A stretch of DNA of 64,000 nt, from positions 670 through 64,669 of the forward strand of contig JAUNLW010000006.1 in assembly GCA_030532065.1 (NCBI GenBank). Direction: 5' to 3'. Shown here piece after piece: positions 28,550 to 37,678 of this stretch. The notes below the pieces were generated by a model. It ran no database searches and had not been told where the DNA came from. It saw only the letters and a list, made by a program, of their open reading frames with translations. Origin of the DNA: Eubacteriales bacterium (lineage in GTDB: Bacteria > Bacillota > Clostridia > Saccharofermentanales > DTU023). The position numbers and the translations under genes were made by a program. Within the stretch, counting starts at the first letter, position 1, and each line of letters opens with the position of its first letter.

Positions 28550-30223
28550 ATGTCTAAGTACTATATCACTACACCTATCTACTATCCCTCATCCAATCTC
28601 ACGATTGGTAATGCCTACACCAGCGTAATCGCTGACTGTTTGGCTCGCTGGCATCGCATGCTGGGTGAAGAGGTGCTGTTTTTGACCGGTACGGACGAGC
28701 ATGGACAAAAGCTGCAGCAGGCAGCAGAGAAACAAGGTCTTACGCCTAAGACCTTCGTGGATTACATGGTGAAGAGCGACGTATTGCGCCTGTGGCAGCT
28801 CATGGATATCAGCAATGACCGCTTTATCCGTACGACGGATGACTTTCACGTGAAGGCGGTGCAGGAGATTTTCCAAAAACTCTACGACCAGGGTGATATT
28901 TATCTCGGCACCTATCGTGGCCATTATTGCACACCCTGTGAGTCTTTTTGGACTGACAGCCAACTGGTAGACGGTATGTGCCCGGACTGCCATCGACCAG
29001 TAGTAGAGATGCAAGAAGAGTGCTATTTCTTCCGTATGTCCAAATACCAGGATCGCCTCCTGGCTTACTATGAGCAACATCCTGACTTTATCCAGCCCGA
29101 ATCCCGGATGCGCGAGATGGTCAACAACTTCTTAAAACCCGGTCTGGAAGACCTGGCCCTGTCCAGGACCAGCTTCAACTGGGGTATTCAGGTACCTTTC
29201 GATCCGAAGCACGTTATCTACGTCTGGCTGGACGCTTTGACAAATTACCTGACTATCCTGGGCTATCCGGAAAAGACCGCCGACTATGACAAGTACTGGC
29301 CGGCGGACTTACATCTGGTGGGCAAGGATATTATCCGTTTCCACACTATCATATGGCCCATTATTCTCATGGCACTGGACCTGCCATTGCCCAAGCAAAT
29401 TTTTGGCCACGGCTGGCTTCTGGTGGGTGGAGATAAGATGTCGAAATCTAAAGGTAATGTCGTAGATCCCCATGTCTTAGTGGATATTTTTGGCGTGGAT
29501 GCCGTTCGCTATTTCCTTTTACGCGAAATCCAGTTTGGCCAGGACGGTAACTTCTCCGGTGAAGCTTTGATCAATCGCATCAATTCTGATCTGGTAAATG
29601 ACTTGGGTAATCTCTTATCGCGTACCTTGGCCATGGTGGAGCAAAACTTCCCGCAGGGTCTACCTGAAGAAAGAGCAACCGGTGACTTTGACCAGGAACT
29701 GGCCGCGCAAGCGGATAAGGCGTTTACTGAAGCTACGGCTCACATGGAAAAACTTAAACTTTCCGCCGCCCTCGAGAGCATCTGGACTTATATTCGCCGT
29801 GCCAACAAATATATTGACGAAACACAACCCTGGGTTTTGGCAAAAGACGAGGCTTCCAAGCCTCGTCTAGCCGCTGTCCTATACAATCTCTGTGACAGTT
29901 TGCGACGTGTTTCTATCTTAGTTGCTCCCTTTATGCCGGCAACCAGTCGTGAGATCGATCGTCAGCTGGGACTGGAACGCAGTGAGGTCCAGGAAAATTG
30001 CCAGGGACTTCCTTGGCAAGAAGCCGGCAAGGCTAACCTTTATCCGGCAGGCCTTGTCCCACAAAGAGGAGAGGCGCTCTTCCCCAGAATCAAGCTGGAT
30101 GAGACCTTAAGTCTGATGGACAGGAAGGCCAGGGAACGCTCTAACACCCTGGCTGATATGAAGGAAGCTGATTTTGCGGCCCTGCGTAAAGGCGCGGATG
30201 TAGACGAGTTATTGCATCAATAA
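28550..30223 (+). CDS. metG: Methionine--tRNA ligase (short form without C-terminal OB domain)
   Basis: YITTPIYY, TGTDEHGQK, YVWLDAL, KMSKS. Confidence 0.97.
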   Translation: MSKYYITTPIYYPSSNLTIGNAYTSVIADCLARWHRMLGEEVLFLTGTDEHGQKLQQAAEKQGLTPKTFVDYMVKSDVLRLWQLMDISNDRFIRTTDDFHVKAVQEIFQKLYDQGDIYLGTYRGHYCTPCESFWTDSQLVDGMCPDCHRPVVEMQEECYFFRMSKYQDRLLAYYEQHPDFIQPESRMREMVNNFLKPGLEDLALSRTSFNWGIQVPFDPKHVIYVWLDALTNYLTILGYPEKTADYDKYWPADLHLVGKDIIRFHTIIWPIILMALDLPLPKQIFGHGWLLVGGDKMSKSKGNVVDPHVLVDIFGVDAVRYFLLREIQFGQDGNFSGEALINRINSDLVNDLGNLLSRTLAMVEQNFPQGLPEERATGDFDQELAAQADKAFTEATAHMEKLKLSAALESIWTYIRRANKYIDETQPWVLAKDEASKPRLAAVLYNLCDSLRRVSILVAPFMPATSREIDRQLGLERSEVQENCQGLPWQEAGKANLYPAGLVPQRGEALFPRIKLDETLSLMDRKARERSNTLADMKEADFAALRKGADVDELLHQ

Positions 30224-30253
30224 ACTTGCAATACTCACATTTAGGAGATAATT

Positions 30254-31147
30254 ATGGATCAGGTCAAAGATACAAAAACTTTTAAACCAGAGCCGGAGCA
30301 GTTACAAGAGCCACTTATCTTTGATACGCACGCTCATCTGCAAGATCCGGACTTCCGTGATGACCTGGACCAATTATTAGAAAATATAGCAGAGGCGGGA
30401 GTGGGCAGAGTAGTTCTGCCGGCTTCCGACCTGGAAGATTCCCGCCGAGCGGCTAAATTAGCCTTGTCCCGGCCGGGGCTTTATTGTGTTCTGGGTGTCC
30501 ACCCACATGAGGCTAAGTCCTGGACACCGGACAGCCGCCAAGAATTGATCGATCTGGTTAAAGAGACTCAGGCACAAGGCCGGGCTATGGGTCGCGAAAA
30601 GGTGGTCGTGGGCATTGGTGAGATCGGTCTTGATTATCACTATGACTTCAGCCCGCGTCATATCCAGGCTGCGGTTTATCGCGAGCAGATCGAGATTGCG
30701 CAGGAACTTAACTTACCAGTTATTATTCACGAGCGGGAAGCTTTCCTGGATTCTTTTACAATCTTGGAAATGTCCAAGTCCGACGGGCTCTTACAACTGC
30801 CTTTTGCCTGCCATTGTTTCTCCGGCAGTCCTGAATCTGCGAAGCGCTTGCTCAAATTGAACTGCTATCTGGGTTTTGATGGGCCTATTACTTTTAAAAA
30901 GGCCCGGCAGCCTCAGGCTTCCTTATCTGTTGTACCGGACGATCGCTTCTTGTTGGAAACTGATTCTCCCTATCTCACGCCGGTACCTTTCCGTGGTCAG
31001 AGAAATGATCCCTCTATGCTGCACTATATTGCCCTGAAAGCAGCGGAAGTGCGCAATCGCTCTTACGAGACCATACTGGCTCAGAACTGGGATAATGCCT
31101 GCCGCTTTTTTGGGTTAGATGCTGATCCGCAAAAAGATATTCTATAG
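30254..31147 (+). CDS. tatD: TatD family hydrolase
   Basis: DTHAH, GVHPH, GEIGLDY, HCFSG, ETDSPYL. Confidence 0.93.
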   Translation: MDQVKDTKTFKPEPEQLQEPLIFDTHAHLQDPDFRDDLDQLLENIAEAGVGRVVLPASDLEDSRRAAKLALSRPGLYCVLGVHPHEAKSWTPDSRQELIDLVKETQAQGRAMGREKVVVGIGEIGLDYHYDFSPRHIQAAVYREQIEIAQELNLPVIIHEREAFLDSFTILEMSKSDGLLQLPFACHCFSGSPESAKRLLKLNCYLGFDGPITFKKARQPQASLSVVPDDRFLLETDSPYLTPVPFRGQRNDPSMLHYIALKAAEVRNRSYETILAQNWDNACRFFGLDADPQKDIL

Positions 31148-31235
31148 CTTACCCGCATATAACAACTGATATTAGTTTTACCTCTACCATAAGAAGGTAT
31201 ATGACGAAAATGTTCATTAATTCAGAGGTAAAACA

Positions 31236-32156
31236 ATGGAAAACGAAAGCATATTAGAAATCCAAGGCCTGAATAAGACCTACGGATCCCTGCAAGCCCT
31301 GAAAGACGTTTCCTTCACTCTAACAAGAGGAAAGATCTACGGCTTTATCGGGGAAAATGGGGCAGGTAAAACAACCTGCATCCGTATCCTGGCAGGCCTA
31401 ACTCGGCCTGATTCCGGCCGTGTGCGCGTTCTGGGTAAGGACTACCCACAGAAAGCTAAAGAAGCCAGAGCGCGTATGGGCTTTATGGTGGAACGACCTA
31501 TCTACTACGATAATTTGACCGCGGCGCAAAACTTGGATTTGCAAATGCAGCTCTATGGAGCTCATTACCAAGCAGAAATCCCGCAGCTTATTGAGCGTGT
31601 AGGCTTGAAAAATATTGAAAAGCGCAAATTAAAAGATTTCTCATTAGGTATGAAACAGCGCCTGGGTATTGCCATGACTTTGGCGAACAAACCTGATTTA
31701 CTAGTGCTGGATGAGCCGGTAAATGGCTTAGATCCTGTAGGTATGGTGGATGTGCGCCATATTCTGCAAAAGCTAAATCAAGAAGGTATGACGATCTTCC
31801 TGTCAAGCCACATTTTGGCTGAACTCTATCAACTGGCTAGCGATTACATTGTCATCCATCAAGGACAAATTCTGCGCTGCCTCAGTCTTGCGGAATTAAA
31901 TGAAGCCTGCCAAAAAAATATCAATGTTATTGCCTCTGACACAGACCTGCTTCAACAACAGGTTGAAACACAATTCCCGGAGGCAAGGGTTGTGAGAGAA
32001 GGCGCACATACGCTAAAAATCTTTTCAGAGCACGTTGAGCCTGGCCAGATTGGTCGAATCGCGGCCAATAATCAGATCATCTTGTCCAAGCTCAGCTACG
32101 AAGGCGATGATCTGGAAAGCTTCTACATCAAAACAATCTCCGGAGGTCAACAATGA
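31236..32156 (+). CDS. ABC transporter ATP-binding protein (BcrA/lantibiotic-immunity-like)
   Basis: GENGAGKT, FSLGMKQRLG, LDEPVNGLDP. Confidence 0.88.
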   Translation: MENESILEIQGLNKTYGSLQALKDVSFTLTRGKIYGFIGENGAGKTTCIRILAGLTRPDSGRVRVLGKDYPQKAKEARARMGFMVERPIYYDNLTAAQNLDLQMQLYGAHYQAEIPQLIERVGLKNIEKRKLKDFSLGMKQRLGIAMTLANKPDLLVLDEPVNGLDPVGMVDVRHILQKLNQEGMTIFLSSHILAELYQLASDYIVIHQGQILRCLSLAELNEACQKNINVIASDTDLLQQQVETQFPEARVVREGAHTLKIFSEHVEPGQIGRIAANNQIILSKLSYEGDDLESFYIKTISGGQQ

Positions 32157-32893
32157 GTAACTTATTCCAGTGGGAGTTTCACAGCTTTATCAAAGGCAAA
32201 AAACTCTTATCTTTTATCATTGCCGCTCTTATACTTGCAGCTGTCTATGTAGGTATTGCCATTTATACGGAAGTGCCTAACGGCATTACCGGAGTTGCGG
32301 AAAGCGCCGCCTTCATGAGCTCTTTACTGGTCTTCATTTGCCCGGTTGTGGCCGGACTAATGATTGCGCAAGCCTTTGAAAGTCGCCTGATTCAGGCCAG
32401 TGTTATGAGTGGAAAAAGTCGCTTCGCAGTGGTTGTGGTTAAGACACTTTGCTTCATACTACTTATGTTTATCTTAATGCTGCTGACGACTACCTTGTCC
32501 AGCCTGGGAATAACCCTGGCGAAAGGCTGGGGAGAAATAGACTTGGGTGGCATATCGGCTGCTCAGTACATTTGCAGTATAATTATGTTCCTGGCACTAT
32601 CAGTGGTAGGCTACAGCATAGTTGTTCCTCTGGCCTTTTATACAAAAAAAATTGGTTCATCAATTGGGCTGGGCTTTGCTTTAAGCCTGGCAGTCTATAT
32701 GCTGATTGAGCAAATGGTTAAGAATGAGAATAGCCATGCTCTACTGCAATATACGCCCTCAGGCCGTTCTTTCTTTGTTCTCAACGACCAAAGCGCCGGC
32801 TATTGGCTTGGCTCTTTTATCGTTTTAGTGGCTTGGATCTTTATTTATATCGGCATTTCTTACGCTCTTATTAAAAACGAGGAGTTGAAATAA
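32153..32893 (+). CDS. ABC-2 type permease
   Basis: Six TM segments, ATGA overlap with ATPase. Confidence 0.8.
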   Translation: MSNLFQWEFHSFIKGKKLLSFIIAALILAAVYVGIAIYTEVPNGITGVAESAAFMSSLLVFICPVVAGLMIAQAFESRLIQASVMSGKSRFAVVVVKTLCFILLMFILMLLTTTLSSLGITLAKGWGEIDLGGISAAQYICSIIMFLALSVVGYSIVVPLAFYTKKIGSSIGLGFALSLAVYMLIEQMVKNENSHALLQYTPSGRSFFVLNDQSAGYWLGSFIVLVAWIFIYIGISYALIKNEELK

Positions 32894-33027
32894 TGGAAGA
32901 GGATTTTTGCCCTCTAATTGTTTGCTCTTTGAAGAGTGGATGATATGCTGACTTGGTTAAGGTTTAGCGGTTATACTTAGCAAAATGAGAATTAACGATT
33001 ATCGTATGCAACTCGACATACCGGGAG

Positions 33028-34257
33028 GTGAATATGATCAAGAATGGTGTTGATTTTAGCACATACCTGAAAAGCTATCCGGATGATGCTGGATATTTCG
33101 GACCATATGGTGGAGCCTACATTTCCGAGGAACTGCAGGCTGCCATGCAGGAGATTACTGATGCCTACTTTAACATTGCTAAGAGCGCGAAGTTTGTTAA
33201 TGAGCTACGCCGTATACGTAGGGAATTCCAGGGCCGACCCACGCCAGTTAGCCATTTAGAGAGATTATCCAATTCGCTGGGCAGAGTGCAGCTTTATGTG
33301 AAGAGAGAAGACCTCAATCACACAGGTGCCCATAAATTAAATCACTGTATGGGTGAAGCATTGCTGGCCAAATTTATGGGAAAGAAGAAAGTTATTGCTG
33401 AGACTGGGGCCGGTCAACACGGGGTGGCTTTGGCTACCGCGGCAAGTTATTTTGGCCTGGAGTGTGATATCTACATGGGAAAAGTAGATATCATGAAGCA
33501 GGCGCCAAATGTTGCCCGTATGAAGATCTTGGGAGCGAATGTCGTTGAGGTTACTCATGGACTTCAAACGCTGAAAGAAGCGGTAGACGCAGCTTTCCAA
33601 GCCTACAGTCGAGAATATAAAGACGCCATCTACTGCATAGGCAGTGTGGTTGGTCCGCACCCCTTCCCCATGATGGTGCGGGATTTCCAGGAAGTAGTGG
33701 GTATAGAAGCGAGAGAACAATTCCTTGATATGACCGGCGAACTTCCGGATGCCGTAGTGGCTTGCGTGGGTGGCGGTAGTAACGCTGCTGGTTTCTTTTC
33801 CGGCTTCCTAAATGATCCGGTAAAAATTTATGGTGTAGAGCCCTTAGGCCGCGGACCCAAGCTGGGTGATCACGCGGCTAGCCTAAATTATGGTAGTGAA
33901 GGTATTATGCACGGCTTTAACTCCGTGATGCTGAAAGATGATCAAGGCGACCCCGCGCCGGTTTATTCTGTTGCCAGCGGACTGGATTATCCTTCCAGCG
34001 GACCTGAGCATGCCTTTTGGAAAAAGACGGGCCGGGTGCAATATGATGTGGCGGATGATGAAGAAGCTATTGATGCCTTCTTTAAACTTTCCCGCCTTGA
34101 AGGCATTATTCCGGCTATTGAAAGCGCACACGCTTTGGCATTTGCCATGCGCTTATCGCAAAAAATGCGGACCGGCTCTATCCTTGTCAACTTATCGGGT
34201 AGAGGTGATAAGGATATGGATTATATTCTGGAGAACTATGGTGACCGCTTAGATTAA
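33028..34257 (+). CDS. trpB: Tryptophan synthase beta subunit (stand-alone)
   Basis: [44 protein letters not shown]. Confidence 0.93.
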   Translation: MNMIKNGVDFSTYLKSYPDDAGYFGPYGGAYISEELQAAMQEITDAYFNIAKSAKFVNELRRIRREFQGRPTPVSHLERLSNSLGRVQLYVKREDLNHTGAHKLNHCMGEALLAKFMGKKKVIAETGAGQHGVALATAASYFGLECDIYMGKVDIMKQAPNVARMKILGANVVEVTHGLQTLKEAVDAAFQAYSREYKDAIYCIGSVVGPHPFPMMVRDFQEVVGIEAREQFLDMTGELPDAVVACVGGGSNAAGFFSGFLNDPVKIYGVEPLGRGPKLGDHAASLNYGSEGIMHGFNSVMLKDDQGDPAPVYSVASGLDYPSSGPEHAFWKKTGRVQYDVADDEEAIDAFFKLSRLEGIIPAIESAHALAFAMRLSQKMRTGSILVNLSGRGDKDMDYILENYGDRLD

Positions 34258-34286
34258 TCTATAGCCTGAGATTTTTTAGAAATAGA

Positions 34287-34329
34287 AAACACCGGTGTTT
34301 CAGTGTTACTGCTTAACACCGGTGTTTTT
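34287..34329. terminator. Bidirectional terminator-like hairpin
   Basis: Two copies of palindrome AACACCGGTGTT flanked by A and T runs between convergent genes. Confidence 0.65.
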
Positions 34330-34343
34330 ACATGTATTAATAT

Positions 34344-35390
34344 TTACTCTTGCCAGAATTTAGCCAGTTCGTTGGGCTTAAAGACTCCCCGCGTGCTGAC
34401 CACCGCTGTAACGAATTCTGGTGGCGTGATATCAAAAGCTGGGTAGTAGGCTTTAACACCGGGCATGGTATGTTTCTTGCCTAAGGAAGAGAGTACTTCT
34501 TCCGGATCTCTCTCTTCAATCTTAATATCGGCGCAAGTGGGATGTTCGGGATCCGGATCGCCGGTGCAATAGAAGGGTATACCAAAATAGTTGGCAGCCA
34601 GGGCGATCTGGAAAGTCCCGACTTTATTGATCACATGGCAGTCGCCGGTGATGACATCAGAGGCGGCGGTAAATATATCGATGTTTTTCTCGTGCATGGT
34701 CCAGCTGGGCATATTGTCCGAGATTACACAGACCGGGAAATCCATGTCACAGATTACGGAAGCAGTTAGCCTTGAACCCTGGTAGAAGGGCCGGGTTTCG
34801 GGGCAGTAGAAGGTTATATCCTTTTTCTGCCTGCGGCAGGCCCGAAGCATCATGCCGATCACGGTATCGGCATAGCACTGGGTCATGACCGCACCTTGCT
34901 GAGGGAAAAGGTCTACCAGGTATTCGCCCTGTCTCTCAATAGCTAAGTATTTCTCATCTAAGAGTCGGATAGCTTCTTGCTTTAGCAAGAGGTCAAGCCG
35001 GTTCTCCCCACGGGTCAGGGCCTTTTGGGCCAAGGCGATCTGGCGCTCGGTAATACGGCGCATCTGTTTGGTGGTTGTGGGCCTGGCCGTAGATAAAGTA
35101 GTGGCAGCGGCAAGCAAATGTGAGAGTTGTTCTTCTGAGCTTTGCCCCTGGCATTCTCTCGCTGCCAGAGCCATGCCCATGGCTGCGGCAGTGTAGGGAC
35201 CGTAGCTTTGGGTGACCATATTTTTAATGGCCAGAGCAACTTCCTGGTGTGACTGGCAGCTTACAAATTCAGTCCGCACGGGATAGATACGCCGGTCTAA
35301 GATGCGGACGGTGGCAGTTGCTTCATCATACCAGGCGATGTTCTCGTAGCGGAGCAGGAAAGCAAGGTCGTGGTCAGGTCTTTGGGTCAT
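34344..35390 (-). CDS. mtnA: Methylthioribose-1-phosphate isomerase-like (eIF-2B/MtnA family), divergent
   Basis: ARPT, ETRPFYQGSRLTA, NKVGTFQIA, IEERDPEEV, PAFDITP. Confidence 0.8.
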   Translation of the reverse strand: MTQRPDHDLAFLLRYENIAWYDEATATVRILDRRIYPVRTEFVSCQSHQEVALAIKNMVTQSYGPYTAAAMGMALAARECQGQSSEEQLSHLLAAATTLSTARPTTTKQMRRITERQIALAQKALTRGENRLDLLLKQEAIRLLDEKYLAIERQGEYLVDLFPQQGAVMTQCYADTVIGMMLRACRRQKKDITFYCPETRPFYQGSRLTASVICDMDFPVCVISDNMPSWTMHEKNIDIFTAASDVITGDCHVINKVGTFQIALAANYFGIPFYCTGDPDPEHPTCADIKIEERDPEEVLSSLGKKHTMPGVKAYYPAFDITPPEFVTAVVSTRGVFKPNELAKFWQE

Positions 35391-35430
35391 AAATATTCTC
35401 CTATCGCGTCAGAATGGCGCGTTATATCGG

Positions 35431-36750
35431 CTAAGCTTGCTTAGACAAAATTGCCATTTTTTCTTTCGCGATGCGCGTTACTTCTTGCTTTACACGGTCA
35501 ATATCGATATGGGTAAACTTGCCGTGTTGGTAGAGAATTTCCCCGTCTACAATGGTGTAGGCAAGTTGCTCGCGATCGGCGGCGTAGAGCAGGTTGCTGG
35601 CAGGGTCATAAAGAGGAGTGGTTTGGTAATTATCCAGGTTAAAAATGGCCAGGTCGGCATGATAGCCTTCTTTGATCAGGCCAGCGTTGTGGTGACCCTG
35701 AGCCAGATAACCTCCTTCTGAGGCCAGGCGTAAAGTCATGGCCGGCCCCATAAAGGCCGGGTCACGGCTGACACCTTTTTGGAGAAGTGAAGCTAAAGTG
35801 ATTTCCTCCAGCATATTGAGATTGTTGTTGCTGGAAGCGCCATCGGTGCCGATAGCAATATTAACGCCGGTTTTTTGCCAGCGCTTGAGATCGGCAAAGC
35901 CAGAACCCAGCTTGAGATTGGAACTGGGGTTGTGGACCAAAGTGATATCCTTGCCTTCTTTGACCAGCTGAGCTAGTAGTTCGTAGTCAGAATCTTCCAG
36001 CCAGACACAGTGTGCCAGAATCACTGGTACCTCAAACATGCCCAGGTCGACAAAATAGCGCAAGGGGGTTTTGCCGCGGCGGGCTTTGGCTTCTTCATGC
36101 TCTTTTTCTGTCTCAGACAGGTGGATCTGCAGGCGGAGCTTATGCTCTTTGGTATAAGCGAGCAAGGTGCGGGCTGTATTCCCGTTAGAAGTATATTCGG
36201 CGTGCAGGGACATCTCGGGCGTGATCCGGGTGCCGGGATGTTTGGTGACAAATTCCAGCATGGCTTCTGTGCCACGGAAAGCGCCGGTATCATGGAAGTC
36301 TGGGTCTGCTCCCGGAGCACTGGTACCGTGAGAAAGATTAGCCTTGATACCGCTCTCTTCAACCGCGCGGAGAATGCCTGGCAGATTCATGTACATATCA
36401 GAAAAGGAAGCGCAACCGGAGGCCAGGAGCTCAGCAATACCTAAAAGACTACCCCAATAAGCGTCATCGTCTGTGAGCAGATCCTCAAAAGGGAAGACCT
36501 TTTCGGTCAGCCAGCGATCTAGCGGCAGGCCTTCACCGTAGCCCCTAAGCAGTACCATGGGAATATGGCAGTGAGCATTGGCAAAGGCGGGTACTGCGAG
36601 GTGTTTGCCGGCTAAATCTATGCGCTCCCCCTCATAAGAAGCAGGCTTATCCTTACCAAGGTAAGCAATGCGTCCATCCTCAAGGATCAGGTTAGCGTCA
36701 CGCGCGAGAGCGAAGTTTTCATCCAGGTAATTTATGTTTTCTAAGAGCAT
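35431..36750 (-). CDS. mtaD: 5-methylthioadenosine/S-adenosylhomocysteine deaminase
   Basis: NAHCH, HLSET, HCVW, HNPSSNLKLGSG, GTDGASSNN. Confidence 0.85.
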   Translation of the reverse strand: MLLENINYLDENFALARDANLILEDGRIAYLGKDKPASYEGERIDLAGKHLAVPAFANAHCHIPMVLLRGYGEGLPLDRWLTEKVFPFEDLLTDDDAYWGSLLGIAELLASGCASFSDMYMNLPGILRAVEESGIKANLSHGTSAPGADPDFHDTGAFRGTEAMLEFVTKHPGTRITPEMSLHAEYTSNGNTARTLLAYTKEHKLRLQIHLSETEKEHEEAKARRGKTPLRYFVDLGMFEVPVILAHCVWLEDSDYELLAQLVKEGKDITLVHNPSSNLKLGSGFADLKRWQKTGVNIAIGTDGASSNNNLNMLEEITLASLLQKGVSRDPAFMGPAMTLRLASEGGYLAQGHHNAGLIKEGYHADLAIFNLDNYQTTPLYDPASNLLYAADREQLAYTIVDGEILYQHGKFTHIDIDRVKQEVTRIAKEKMAILSKQA

Positions 36751-36771
36751 CTTGTTGTCCTTTATATTAGT

Positions 36772-36797
36772 AGTGGTCCGAGTTAGCTCGGACCACT
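36772..36797. other. Intra-operon 11-bp stem-loop
   Basis: AGTGGTCCGAG-TTAG-CTCGGACCACT between PNP and mtaD. Confidence 0.7.
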
Positions 36798-36807
36798 GAG
36801 TTTCTCT

Positions 36808-37659
36808 TTAAAGTTTTATATTCTCAATAAAACGGGCCATCAGCCTCTGGAAGCGAGGTCCGTTCTTGGCAGCGGCCTGCACAACTCCGGCGTCTGAGAG
36901 CTTCTCATCGTCCATACCGGCGGCCATATTTGTCAGGAAGGAGAGTCCAACGGTTTTTATACCACAATGAGCGGCGGTTAGGGCCTCTGTGACCGTAGAC
37001 ATACCCACCGCGTCACCACCTAAGATACGAATGGCTCTAATCTCAGCCGGTGTCTCATAGTGAGGTCCGGGCATAAAGAAGTACACGCCGCAATGAGTGT
37101 GGTCGTCTGAGCCTAATTCGCGTGCTGCCTTGAAAACCTGGAGCTGCAAGTTTGGATCGTACATCTCACTTACGTCGAAGAAACGTTCGCCCAGCTGCTC
37201 AAAATTAGTACCCCGCATGGGGCTGAGGCCCATGAGGTTGATGTGGTCGGTAATGATCATCACATCGCCGACTTTCCAACTCTCGTTGACACAGCCAGCC
37301 GCATTGGTGAGCACTAAGATCTCTACGCCCAAAAGCTTGAGCAGGCGGACTGGGAAGGCCAGCTCAGACTCGCTGTACCCTTCGTAATAGTGGAAACGGC
37401 CAGACATGGCCACTACAGGTTTGCCGCGAAAGTGTCCGAAGATGAAGATGCCTTTGTGGCCGGGAGCGGTAGAAGTTAACATGTGGGGCACTTCTCTGTA
37501 GGGGATCTCCACTCTGTCTTCTATCTCGTCCGCCAGGCTGCCTAAGGATGAACCCAGGATAAGGGCGATCTTCGGTGTTTCTTTGATCTTGCCGCGCAGG
37601 TAGGCGCTTGCTTCTTCAAGTTCTTTCCAGCTTTTATTAAAGTCGAAGTGTTGCAGCAT
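36808..37659 (-). CDS. punA: Purine-nucleoside phosphorylase (trimeric type)
   Basis: GRFHYYEG, TNAAG, DHIN, YETPAE, VGMSTV. Confidence 0.92.
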   Translation of the reverse strand: MLQHFDFNKSWKELEEASAYLRGKIKETPKIALILGSSLGSLADEIEDRVEIPYREVPHMLTSTAPGHKGIFIFGHFRGKPVVAMSGRFHYYEGYSESELAFPVRLLKLLGVEILVLTNAAGCVNESWKVGDVMIITDHINLMGLSPMRGTNFEQLGERFFDVSEMYDPNLQLQVFKAARELGSDDHTHCGVYFFMPGPHYETPAEIRAIRILGGDAVGMSTVTEALTAAHCGIKTVGLSFLTNMAAGMDDEKLSDAGVVQAAAKNGPRFQRLMARFIENIKL

Positions 37660-37678
37660 GATATTTCTCCTTTGCTAA

